From an uncultured Gammaproteobacteria bacterium (GTDB taxonomy: Bacteria; Pseudomonadota; Gammaproteobacteria; JABCZS01): a DNA stretch of 64,000 nucleotides. The notes below the pieces were generated by a model. That model saw nothing but the letters and a program-made list of their open reading frames with translations, ran no database searches and was not told where the DNA came from. Of the stretch, positions 10,451-19,580 are shown piece after piece (within the stretch, counting starts at the first letter, position 1; every line of letters begins with the position of its first letter). Where the stretch lies: NCBI GenBank assembly GCA_963848305.1, contig CAWKDC010000001.1:32001-96000 (forward strand), given 5' to 3'. A program made the translations under genes and the position numbers.

Positions 10451-11785
10451 ATGAACGAAACTAAAGTCGAAAGGCTCGGCAACGGATTGGGCGATAACAA
10501 CGGCCTGTCCTGGTCCTGCAATTACGCGCGGGTGATGGGCGCCCAGGAACCCTCCGTCAGCCCGCGGGAGCGATCGATCATCCGGGAACATGCGAAACGG
10601 GTGGCCGAGATCGCCGCCGACCCGTCGCAGCAGATCAAGAAGCAGCTCTGGCTCAGCCACAACGCCCTGGGAGAGACCCGGCCACTCATCTTCGCTGACC
10701 CGGAGAACGCGTGGTATGAGGTCATCCCCGCGGCCCAATTGCAGTGCGAAGGAAACCTGGCACGATTGTGGGAATTCAAGCTCCTGAAGGAAATCTACTG
10801 GGCCGAGAGAATCCGGGACGACAGAGTCATCGAACCTGCGTTTACGGTGTACCACATCTTTGAAGAAAGTGACTTCGGTATCGATGTGAAGATCATCGGC
10901 GCGGACACCGGGGGGGCCTACCGGTGGGAGTCGGCGCTCACCAACTACGCTGACATGGACAAGCTAAAGTTCAGGACGATCAAAGTAGATCCGGAAAAAA
11001 CCTCAAGGCTCTATGACCTTGCGAATGACGTCCTGGGAGACATCCTTGAGGTAAGACTCGCGGGTGTGTGGTGGTGGTCGCACGGCATGACCTCCGACCT
11101 GATCCTGCTGAGAGGTTTCGAGCAGGCGCTGTACGACATGTCTGACAACCCGGAGGGCCTGCACCAGCTCATGGCCTTTCTGCGGGATGAAAATCTGGCA
11201 AAGCTCGATTTTCTCCAGGAGAACGGGCTCCTCTCCCTCAACAATGGCGGCGACTTTGTCGGTACGGGGGGCTATGGGTGGTCGAGCGAGCTCCCCGCGG
11301 CAGGCTTCGACGGTCGGCGGGTAAGAACCCAAGATATGTGGGGATTCTGTGAGAGCCAGGAAACCGTGGGGGTCTCACCCAAGCAATTTGAGGAGTTGGT
11401 CTTCGCCTATCAGCTACCGATCCTCGAGCGCTTCGCACTGAACATCTACGGCTGTTGCGAGCCGCTCGACGGCCGCTTCGACATCATCAAGCGAATTCCC
11501 AGGCTGAGGAAGGTGACCGTGTCGCCGTGGTCGGATCCGCGCGGGATGGCGGAGAAGATCGGCAGGAACTACGTCTACAGTTGGAAGGTCAAGCCGGCGG
11601 AGATCGCGCCGCCCGTCATCGATGAAGCGCAGATCCGGCAAGGGCTTCGCGACGCATTCGAGGCGACTTCCAGGAACAACTGCCGCGTCGAGGTCCTGAT
11701 GAGAGATGTCATGACGCTGGGAGGAAATCCGGAAAACATCATCCGGTGGACGCAAATCGCCCGCGAGGAATCGGAGCGTTCGTAG
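10451..11785 (+). CDS. uroporphyrinogen decarboxylase/CIMS-like superfamily protein of unknown function
   Basis: LRGFEQALYDMSDNPE, SQETVGVSPKQFEELV, YGCCEPLD, SPWSD; RBS ggggag before ATG 10451. Confidence 0.65.
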   Translation: MNETKVERLGNGLGDNNGLSWSCNYARVMGAQEPSVSPRERSIIREHAKRVAEIAADPSQQIKKQLWLSHNALGETRPLIFADPENAWYEVIPAAQLQCEGNLARLWEFKLLKEIYWAERIRDDRVIEPAFTVYHIFEESDFGIDVKIIGADTGGAYRWESALTNYADMDKLKFRTIKVDPEKTSRLYDLANDVLGDILEVRLAGVWWWSHGMTSDLILLRGFEQALYDMSDNPEGLHQLMAFLRDENLAKLDFLQENGLLSLNNGGDFVGTGGYGWSSELPAAGFDGRRVRTQDMWGFCESQETVGVSPKQFEELVFAYQLPILERFALNIYGCCEPLDGRFDIIKRIPRLRKVTVSPWSDPRGMAEKIGRNYVYSWKVKPAEIAPPVIDEAQIRQGLRDAFEATSRNNCRVEVLMRDVMTLGGNPENIIRWTQIAREESERS

Positions 11786-11805
11786 GGCCGAACGGCGTTC
11801 GGCCC
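11782..11805 (+). repeat. single GTAG-type REP overlapping a stop codon
   Basis: GTAG GGCCGAAC GGC GTTCGGCC C. Confidence 0.6.
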
Positions 11806-11955
11806 GGGCCAGCGCTACTGGCGACGCTTGAGTTTTGCTCCACGGAGGGCGTGAAGTGCAGGCCAAGGGTTTGAGGCGCGCCGGGGCAGGGGTCGACTCA
11901 CCTGACCCACACCCCGGCGGAACTGGCGCCCAAACCGACTGCCGGCATGCAGCAC

Positions 11956-12465
11956 CTATTGCATATACGACACATAAACGTAGTCAGTGCTCTTCTGCGT
12001 TATGTGGCAGCTAAAACACTCTTTCTTCATGTCCTTCACGGAACCCGCTACTTGATCGTCCTGAAAAACTTCAAAGCCCCACCCTCCTGTGTCCGGATAA
12101 AGCTTGGAGTTTTTCTTCATCAAGTAACGGGCCTTCATTCCCCGAGGCTCGATTGCCCCCTGGGGGGTGCTGATGTTGAAGAGTTCCATGGCGAACATCG
12201 AACCATCGGCATATGCTTTGTGGTCCTTTAACGAGGTCCAGCCGATGTCATTCACATAAATGTTGTGGAGACCTCCAAACATGTCATACAGTTTGTTCTC
12301 TTTACTAAAGATCACCATCGTTCTGGTGTGCCTCCAATGGCGGGGATCGTTGGGATAGGCAGGATAGGCAAGGGCGGGTTTCTTCTGCGCCTGGGCCACT
12401 AAGGTCCCCAGGCCCACCGCCGCGCTCACGAAAACCATTAGTAGAATCTTAGTTCTTGAGGTCAT
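11956..12465 (-). CDS. cytochrome P460 / cytochrome c'-beta family protein
   Basis: Signal peptide; GLHNIYVN, YADGSMFAMEL, MKKNSKLYPDTGGWGFEVF, C-terminal CFSCH heme motif, DYVY. Confidence 0.85.
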   Translation of the reverse strand: MTSRTKILLMVFVSAAVGLGTLVAQAQKKPALAYPAYPNDPRHWRHTRTMVIFSKENKLYDMFGGLHNIYVNDIGWTSLKDHKAYADGSMFAMELFNISTPQGAIEPRGMKARYLMKKNSKLYPDTGGWGFEVFQDDQVAGSVKDMKKECFSCHITQKSTDYVYVSYMQ

Positions 12466-12745
12466 GGTGAGATACCTCCTCGTTCTAGGTTGGCGTGACT
12501 TCCGCACTACGTAAGCAAAGAAAAGGCTTTCAGCGGCACCCATTCTAGCGCGGTTATTCCCGATTCTCTATATCTTCATGCAATATCTTCTTCACGCGAT
12601 ATCATTTTTCACGCGATATCATTGACTGCGAACACCGACTATGCTAAAAACTCTCTGCTTTTTTGCCCCAAGGTGACCATCGATTACGCTCATGCAATGC
12701 CCCGTGCTGTTCCCTCCCAATCCTCTCATCTGGACTACGGCCTTT

Positions 12746-14392
12746 ATGAAAAAGGTACCCTGCTTGTGGCTGGCTTTTCTATTCTCTGGTCTCGTATGGT
12801 TTGCTCTCCCCGAAAGGACAATGACTGGATCGGCGGGATTCGCAGACAATGCCTTTCCGGGTGAAAGCAATCCAGACATGTCATCGCGGGATCCGCACTC
12901 TTCCGCGGCAATCTGCTACGCCTCACCCCATGGGAATGACACGGCGGATGGATTGACCTTCAGGAGCGCCAAGCAGGATGTGATGTCGTGCTATGACGCT
13001 ATTCCTGGTGGAACCATTGTCATGCTGGATGGCGGTCACGGAGTCCCGCTGCGCGCCTGCCCGCGTGTGGATCCCGCAGGCTGCGGAATCTGGATCATGG
13101 GTTCAACAGACCCAAATTATGCACACCCCCCTGCCGGGTGGAGAAAAGAAAAGGCCATTAGTTTTGTAGGAGGCATGCGAACCGGTGACGAAGCGCTCGG
13201 TCATGACTACCAAACCCATATCGCCGCCGGCGGATCTGACTCGAAGCATCCCGGAATTTGGCTGAGTTCCACGTTTCAAATAACCTTTGAAAACATTTTT
13301 ATAACCTCTTGCCTGCCGGCTTTGGTCGGGACAGACTCCAACAGAAATCCGGCAAACGGGCAATCGTGGGACAATGTCTTCGATAACGTCGGGTTCTGGG
13401 CAACAAAATCTGTGGGCTGCGGGCCGGGGATCTTTATCAGTTCATCCTCAAGCCGCAACTTCATTAGGCACTCACAGGTTCAAGGGTCGACGTCAGAACA
13501 TGCCCTCGCCGCAACGATCTCGCGCCAATCGAATATCGTGACCTTCACGGCTAACGCCAAACTGCCGGCATCGTGGAAAACGGGCATGGTGGTCGGCGTG
13601 GAAGGCGTTCGTGACCCTGATTTCGACGGCGGGGATTTCACCATCACGCTCATTGGCGCCAAGACGTTCACCTATCCCCAAATCGGGCCGGAAGCCACAT
13701 CCTCCGGGGGCAGGGCGGCCTCAGATGGCAATCAGGCAATCGTGATGAACCCCCATGGGGCACAGGGAAACTCTCTGTCCGCGGATGATTTACATTTATA
13801 CGATGGAGCCATGAAGGTCTATGCCGGGACTTCGCGCACAAACTTAGATGTCGCTAAAGTAGACCAAGAGGGCGGGTTTGGCCCTGCAATCTGGATTGCT
13901 ACCTGCAATTCTTCAATGGTTGTAAACGCCCAGGACATTCGCACCGCCAAGCGGGACCTAGACGGAATATTTGCTTCGGTCAGATCTGATTGCACCAAAA
14001 GCGCGCAAGATCTTGCCAGCAGACCACACGTCCAATACGCCTCTGTCGAGGGTCCAGCAAGATTTTTTGGGGGCGAGGATCCGTCAAGGACAATCGCAAA
14101 TCCACCCTTAAGGAGCCAGCGCGGGAATCTCAAGAGCGGACTTACCAAACAAACGAAGGCCTTTGCCGTGCAAGTTGGCGCATTTCGCGATCCCGCCAAT
14201 GCAGACCTTGTTAGGGCACGCGTGGGGGCAACCTATGGCCCGGTGGTCATCACCCGTTCCGACCAGAGCAACCATCCCTTCTACCGAGTTTGCGTGGGCC
14301 ACGAAAGTTCCCCGAGTGCGGCGCGGGAATTAGGGGAAAAGCTTCGCAGCGCAAATTTGGCGGCAGGGACTATGGTCGTCAGAGTGAACTAG
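12746..14392 (+). CDS. secreted beta-helix-like protein with C-terminal SPOR domain
   Basis: Signal peptide MKKVPCLWLAFLFSG; CYASPHGNDTADGLT beta-helix start; FAVQVGAFRDPANA...YRVCVG...AARELGEKLR SPOR. Confidence 0.7.
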   Translation: MKKVPCLWLAFLFSGLVWFALPERTMTGSAGFADNAFPGESNPDMSSRDPHSSAAICYASPHGNDTADGLTFRSAKQDVMSCYDAIPGGTIVMLDGGHGVPLRACPRVDPAGCGIWIMGSTDPNYAHPPAGWRKEKAISFVGGMRTGDEALGHDYQTHIAAGGSDSKHPGIWLSSTFQITFENIFITSCLPALVGTDSNRNPANGQSWDNVFDNVGFWATKSVGCGPGIFISSSSSRNFIRHSQVQGSTSEHALAATISRQSNIVTFTANAKLPASWKTGMVVGVEGVRDPDFDGGDFTITLIGAKTFTYPQIGPEATSSGGRAASDGNQAIVMNPHGAQGNSLSADDLHLYDGAMKVYAGTSRTNLDVAKVDQEGGFGPAIWIATCNSSMVVNAQDIRTAKRDLDGIFASVRSDCTKSAQDLASRPHVQYASVEGPARFFGGEDPSRTIANPPLRSQRGNLKSGLTKQTKAFAVQVGAFRDPANADLVRARVGATYGPVVITRSDQSNHPFYRVCVGHESSPSAARELGEKLRSANLAAGTMVVRVN

Positions 14393-14815
14393 AAAGTTTC
14401 CCAATGTCCGCGCAGCGTCTTCTCCTCTTCGTTCACCATATCACTCAGATTCAGCATCTTTGCCCACAGGACTTGAGATACGTTAACTCGTTGGGCATGT
14501 CAATGTCTCCCAATAATTCCGTGGTGGACTTGTCAAATCTCCCCGCTTAGGTAAAAGTCTTCTGTTATTGCGGAACCACTTTGGGCAAATTGTCCCTGCT
14601 AGGCGACCTTTTCGTCCTCACGCTTTGACGCTTCAGGATATTTTACGGACATCATGACCGAAAACATACAATATCTAGCGTATCTTTAGATTTCCTACGC
14701 AATCTAGAGTATGTCACATAATAATCATGCGATTTAAGGTAGTACCTGAGTACTCTAGACTTCAATATGTGATACCGGTAATTTAGTCGGGCGAGGACTG
14801 AGGAGTAATATTTTT

Positions 14816-16159
14816 ATGAAGACCGGAAATCACAAATTTGACCGCGGGACTGCATTAATACTCGCCACGGCCTGCATTGCCATGGCCATTTTAGCCACGT
14901 CTTGTGGTGGTGGGGCCGGCAGCAGCGCCACCGCTGATACAGCCTCCACAACAGGACTCTCGATAAGTCCCCCTACCGTGACCTTCGGCAGCCAAGCTGT
15001 TGGGACGGCAAGTGCGGCCCAGACCAACACCGTCACGAATGCGGGCAACTCGGCCGTGGGCATTTCCAGCATTGCGCTCGGAGGGACAAATCCCAGCGAC
15101 TTTGCACAATCCACTAACTGCGGCTCCACCGTTGCGGCGGGTGCCAGTTGCACAATCACCGTGACCTTCCAACCGACGGCGACGGGAACTCGCAGCGCCG
15201 AAGTAACTGTCACCGACAATGTCTCCCACAGCCCCCATAAGGTCAGCGTCAGCGGAACGGGTATGGCGTCTACTGTCACCCTATCTCCCACCAGCCTCAC
15301 TTTCGCCAGCCAAACCGTCGGCGCCGCCAGCGCGGCCCAGACCATCACGCTGAGCAACTCGGGCAACGCGGCCTTAAGTGTGACCAGCATCGCGGTCTCC
15401 GGCGCCAACGCCAGTGACTTTACAGAAACCAATAATTGCGGATCAAGCGTGGCGGCTGGAGCCAATTGCACGATCAGCGTTACCTTCAAGCCGGCCGCGG
15501 CAGGAGCTCGCACCGCCGCCATCTCCGTTACGGACAACGCTACCGGCGGCCCGCAGAGCGCGGTCCTTTCGGGCACCGGGGGGAGCACTACCGCCGCGGC
15601 CAGCGTTTCGCCCACCAGCCTGTCTTTTGGGAACGAAGCGGTGGACATGGTCAGCACCTCGCAAGTCGTTACCCTGAGCAACACAGGCAGCGCGGGCTTG
15701 GGCATCTCGAGCATCGCCTTTACGGGTGCTGATGCCGCCGACTTCACGGAGGTTGACACTTGCAGTCCCGCGGTGGCCGCAGGGAGCACTTGCACGATCG
15801 CAATTTTATTTACACCCGCCGCCAGCGGAACGCGCACGGCTACCTTGAGCATCGCCGACAATGCCACCGGCAGCCCGCAGTCCGTGTCGCTTTCGGGCTC
15901 GGGAACGCACGACGTAATGCTGTCTTGGACCGCCAGTTCGACTCCTGGGGTCATGGGCTATAACGTCTACCGGGGGACGACCTCCGGTGGAGAGAGTGCG
16001 GCACCGCTGAATTCCGCGCCGGTTTGCAATACCACATTTGCGGACGCGAATGTCACGGCAGGAGCGACGTACTACTATCACGTGACGGCCATAGCTGCGA
16101 ATGATGTTACGCAGAGCTCGGCCTCGAACGAAACGACTGCAACCGTCCCCACACCTTAA
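14816..16159 (+). CDS. surface lipoprotein with three ASH/choice-of-anchor D Ig-like repeats and an FN3-like C-terminus
   Basis: Lipobox LATSC; three ~105-aa repeats (SPxxxxF...TLSNxG...DF...C...CTI...FxP...G.R...DN); LSWTAS...GYNVYRG...YYYHVTA. Confidence 0.85.
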   Translation: MKTGNHKFDRGTALILATACIAMAILATSCGGGAGSSATADTASTTGLSISPPTVTFGSQAVGTASAAQTNTVTNAGNSAVGISSIALGGTNPSDFAQSTNCGSTVAAGASCTITVTFQPTATGTRSAEVTVTDNVSHSPHKVSVSGTGMASTVTLSPTSLTFASQTVGAASAAQTITLSNSGNAALSVTSIAVSGANASDFTETNNCGSSVAAGANCTISVTFKPAAAGARTAAISVTDNATGGPQSAVLSGTGGSTTAAASVSPTSLSFGNEAVDMVSTSQVVTLSNTGSAGLGISSIAFTGADAADFTEVDTCSPAVAAGSTCTIAILFTPAASGTRTATLSIADNATGSPQSVSLSGSGTHDVMLSWTASSTPGVMGYNVYRGTTSGGESAAPLNSAPVCNTTFADANVTAGATYYYHVTAIAANDVTQSSASNETTATVPTP

Positions 16160-16370
16160 CATCTGACACCAGTGAGCTTGATGTCGAACGCCAACTCCCC
16201 CGGCTGGTTGCCTGACCGACGTCAAGGGGAATTCACCCCTGCCGTCCTTTGCTTCTCTTAGCGGACCCCCGTCCACGGACCGCCAATTCGTGGTAATTTG
16301 TACAAGCTTCCTTATACTCCGCCCGCACTGATCCGACTTAGATCAGGAGAGTGCCGGCGAGATCCTTACC

Positions 16371-17927
16371 ATGGGGATGAAAGGTATGAGCAAAGGACAG
16401 AAAGTGGCGATCTTTGACACAACGCTGAGGGATGGCGAGCAAGCGGCTGGGTCGAGGCTCAGCAGCCCCGATAAGCTCACGCTGGCGCGGCAGTTAGCCC
16501 GACTGAAAGTCGACGTCATCGAGGCCGGATATCCCGCTTCTTCGCCCGAAGACTTCGAGGCCGTCAAGCGGATCGCGCAGGAGATTGACGGCCCGGTGAT
16601 CTGCGGTTTGTCGCGTGCCGTGCCCGAGGACATTGAGGCCTGCGGCAAGGCGCTGGCGAGGGCCAAAAGGCCCCGCATCCATACCGGCATCGGCGTTTCG
16701 GATATTCACATCATGGGGAAATTCCGCGACGAGAAATACGGCAAGACGCTCGGTGAGAAGAAGGTCAAAATGATGCAGATGGCAGTGGAGGCGGTCAAGC
16801 GGGCTCGCAGCCACGCCGATGACGTGGAGTTCTACGCCGAAGACTCCGGCCGCGCCGAGCCGGCGTACCTCTACGAAATCCTCGAGGCCGCCATTGATGC
16901 CGGCGCCACCGTCGTCAACATTCCCGATACCACCGGCTACGCGGTGCCGGAGCAGTACGGAGCACTGATTCGGGGCATTGCCGAGAACGTCCGCAACATC
17001 CAAAGCGCCACCATCAGCGTCCACTGCCATGACGACCTGGGCATGGCGGTTGCCAACTCGCTCGCGGGCATCCGCAACGGCGCCCGCCAGGTGGAGGGTA
17101 CCATCAATGGAGTCGGAGAACGGGCGGGCAACGCCGCGCTGGAAGAGATCGTCATGGCCCTCCGCACGCGAGCCGACTTCTTTGGGGTGTCTACCGGCAT
17201 CGACACCCGCGAACTGTATCGCACTAGCCGCCTGGTATCCGATCTGCTCGGCACGGTGGTTCCGCCCAATAAAGCCGTGGTGGGCGGAAATGCGTTCTCG
17301 CACAGCTCGGGAATCCACGTGGATGGATTTCTGAAAGACCGGGAGACTTACGAGATCATGCGCCCGGAGGACGTCGGCCTGGCGCAGAGCCACGTGGTTT
17401 TGACGGCGCGCACCGGACGCGCCGGGTTGCGCGCGCGCCTGGAAAAGCTGGGGCACAAGCTTTCCAAAGAGGATCTGGACGTCATCTATCAGCGCTTTCT
17501 GGCCGTGGCGGACAAGAAACTCGAGGTTTTCGACGAGGACCTGGTTGCCATCGTGCGCGACGAATTACACCCGGTGCCCGAAGTCTGGCAGCTCGAATAC
17601 TTGCACGTTTCCAGCGGTACTTCGGCCATCCCCACCGCCACCCTGCGCTTGCGCGTCCATGGGGACGTGCGGGAGGGGGCCGCGATCGGAAACGGTCCCG
17701 TAGACGCCGTCTATAAAGCGATCACGGCACTGGCGGGAGACTCTGTCCGACTGGTGCGCTACGACATTCACGCCGTGACGGGCGGCACGGGAGCCATGGG
17801 CGAAGTAACCGTGCAGCTCGAAAAAGGGGAGCGGCGGGTCGTGGGGCGGGGCGCATCCACTGACGTGATTGAAGCGAGTGCCAAAGCGTACCTGGACGGG
17901 CTCAATCGATTGGCGAGCCTCGGCTAG
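16371..17927 (+). CDS. leuA: 2-isopropylmalate synthase
   Basis: IFDTTLRDGEQ, NIPDTTGY, HCHDDLGMAVANSL, GVGERAGN, PPNKAVVGGNAFSHSSGIH, C-terminal regulatory domain GNGPVDA; start may be 16386. Confidence 0.95.
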   Translation: MGMKGMSKGQKVAIFDTTLRDGEQAAGSRLSSPDKLTLARQLARLKVDVIEAGYPASSPEDFEAVKRIAQEIDGPVICGLSRAVPEDIEACGKALARAKRPRIHTGIGVSDIHIMGKFRDEKYGKTLGEKKVKMMQMAVEAVKRARSHADDVEFYAEDSGRAEPAYLYEILEAAIDAGATVVNIPDTTGYAVPEQYGALIRGIAENVRNIQSATISVHCHDDLGMAVANSLAGIRNGARQVEGTINGVGERAGNAALEEIVMALRTRADFFGVSTGIDTRELYRTSRLVSDLLGTVVPPNKAVVGGNAFSHSSGIHVDGFLKDRETYEIMRPEDVGLAQSHVVLTARTGRAGLRARLEKLGHKLSKEDLDVIYQRFLAVADKKLEVFDEDLVAIVRDELHPVPEVWQLEYLHVSSGTSAIPTATLRLRVHGDVREGAAIGNGPVDAVYKAITALAGDSVRLVRYDIHAVTGGTGAMGEVTVQLEKGERRVVGRGASTDVIEASAKAYLDGLNRLASLG

Positions 17928-18145
17928 AAGGCCGGACGTCGGGGTTTCCATGGCGCCGTCCTCGGGTCAAGCGAAATCATACGAAAGGGGAAACTTCCGG
18001 AAACGAAGGCTACCCGACAGTTATCGGTGAACGCTGGGCGACTACCGAGGAGTTATTTCCCCGAACCCCGTATCCGCGGAGTTTGCATACTTGCTGGTAG
18101 TAAGGGCGTTTTCCCACGCGGAATCCGCATTTAGGGTAGGTGCTG

Positions 18146-18487
18146 CTATCCGGCGAGCCTGCGGAAGGTAGGGTGTTCGCTCCCCGCTGTGGTCGCCGCT
18201 GGAGTCTTGCGGTAGACGAAAACGATTTTGCCGGACTCGGGGACGGCGTCACGGTCGGGCTGAACGCCGCGGTCGTTCACCAGGTGGGCGAACACGGCTT
18301 GGGCGGCGTCGGTGGTGTAGGCTTCGCGATAGGTTAACTCATCGCCCAGATCGGCCTCCCGGTGCCGCTGGAAGAACGGCCCGCGCGCATCTTTGGCCGT
18401 CCCTACGCACCATTCCTCGCACGCACCCCCGTGTTTCCGAATGTGCCCTTCCATGTCTTCAATAATTTCCTGACGGTTGATAGGCAT
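18146..18487 (-). CDS. small hypothetical protein, possibly a degenerate GIY-YIG-like fold
   Basis: 113 aa with RBS-like gagaaagg upstream; WCVGTAKD...FFQRH and VFVYRK. Confidence 0.6.
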   Translation of the reverse strand: MPINRQEIIEDMEGHIRKHGGACEEWCVGTAKDARGPFFQRHREADLGDELTYREAYTTDAAQAVFAHLVNDRGVQPDRDAVPESGKIVFVYRKTPAATTAGSEHPTFRRLAG

Positions 18488-18652
18488 AATCGTAGCCTTT
18501 CTCTTCAGTTTTAAATCTTGAATCTGCCCCTCGCCCCTTGTCAGTCGTTACTCGCCACTAGTTCTTGGGCGTTTCACATTTGCAAACATGTGAACGCTCG
18601 TCGTATTGGGAGCCGCGGAGTAGTTCTGAGATAGGCGCAACGCGCTACCCGC

Positions 18653-18881
18653 CTTCTCCGAAAAAAAATTCCGGCAGAAATTGGACTACATGCACAAGAA
18701 CCCGGTGACGCGCGGCCTGGTGATCTCTCCCGGTGATTGGCCGTGGTCAAGCTGGAGGTTCTACTATTCACAGGATGCATCGATTCTCCGCATGGACCGG
18801 ATGCGTTGAGTCCAACTTTCGAGAAGTCCCTTCGGGAGATCGCAGACTTCAAAGAGCCGGAGTCTGCCAGCCCCCGTGTCT
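18653..18881 (+). pseudogene. 3' remnant of a RAYT transposase with its right-end REP (direct repeat of 21722-21951)
   Basis: Near-identical by eye to 21722-21951; encodes KLDYMHKNPVTRGLVISPGDWPWSSWRFY then agaagtcccttcgggagatcgcagac. Confidence 0.9.
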
Positions 18882-19029
18882 TGCAGCATTTCGACATTGA
18901 AGGTTACTAAGCAAGATTATGTTATGATCCCAGGAACCATCGGCTTGGCACGCAGACACACATCAAGAGCAATGCGCCAGCCGGCCGGAAGCCCTGGAGC
19001 TGCATATTAGTGCCACAGGGCGGGAGAGG

Positions 19030-19563
19030 TCATTTCGTGATCGTCACGTCACTAACGGACTTGAGGATCAGTCGAGTCTGATACAACGTACTGGGCGTGA
19101 ACCCATAGCCTTTCCTGACGACGGTCTTGCCAGTCTTATCCGTCACTGTCAATTTGTCTGGACCGTCGAACCGTCCGACGAGCGTCGCGAATACTCGGCC
19201 TTCTGGAGGCTTAGAGGACGGGCCGATCTGCAGTCCCCACCCGTACTTCGAAAGCGCTTCGTCCAACTTCTTGAGATTCTCATCTTTCAATAGACTGAAT
19301 TCAGGGCGGTCCGAGTCTCGCACGAGGTCCGGGGAATAGAGCGCGACGGCCGCCCCTTTGTGGTCGCACTCCGCCAGGAGGACAGAAATCTCGAATGCCG
19401 CGTAGACTTGCGTGCGAATGCGAACCATTTTCCCGCTAAAGGCCGCCGGGTTCCGAACGAGCTCGCACACCGTGGTGTCAATGGGGTTCATAGCCGCCCT
19501 GTCGGGCAACGCACAAATTCCGAGCGCCACGATCGCCAATAGAATCGTTCTCAATGTGGACAT
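19030..19563 (-). CDS. putative immunity protein (secreted) of the upstream Rhs toxin
   Basis: Starts 17 bp after the Rhs stop with RBS gggaga; signal peptide; TTVCELVRNPAAFSGKMVRIR motif. Confidence 0.65.
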   Translation of the reverse strand: MSTLRTILLAIVALGICALPDRAAMNPIDTTVCELVRNPAAFSGKMVRIRTQVYAAFEISVLLAECDHKGAAVALYSPDLVRDSDRPEFSLLKDENLKKLDEALSKYGWGLQIGPSSKPPEGRVFATLVGRFDGPDKLTVTDKTGKTVVRKGYGFTPSTLYQTRLILKSVSDVTITK

Positions 19564-19580
19564 GTGATCTCCCTTCCCGC

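Noticed and set aside
14830-15954. Long antisense ORFs (e.g. 14830-15954, 16494-17456, 3095-4006)
   Set aside because: Shadow frames of GC-rich genes with clear sense-strand products.
16160-16370. Leucine attenuator or T-box leader before leuA
   Set aside because: No Leu-rich leader peptide, T-box motif or U-tailed terminator found.
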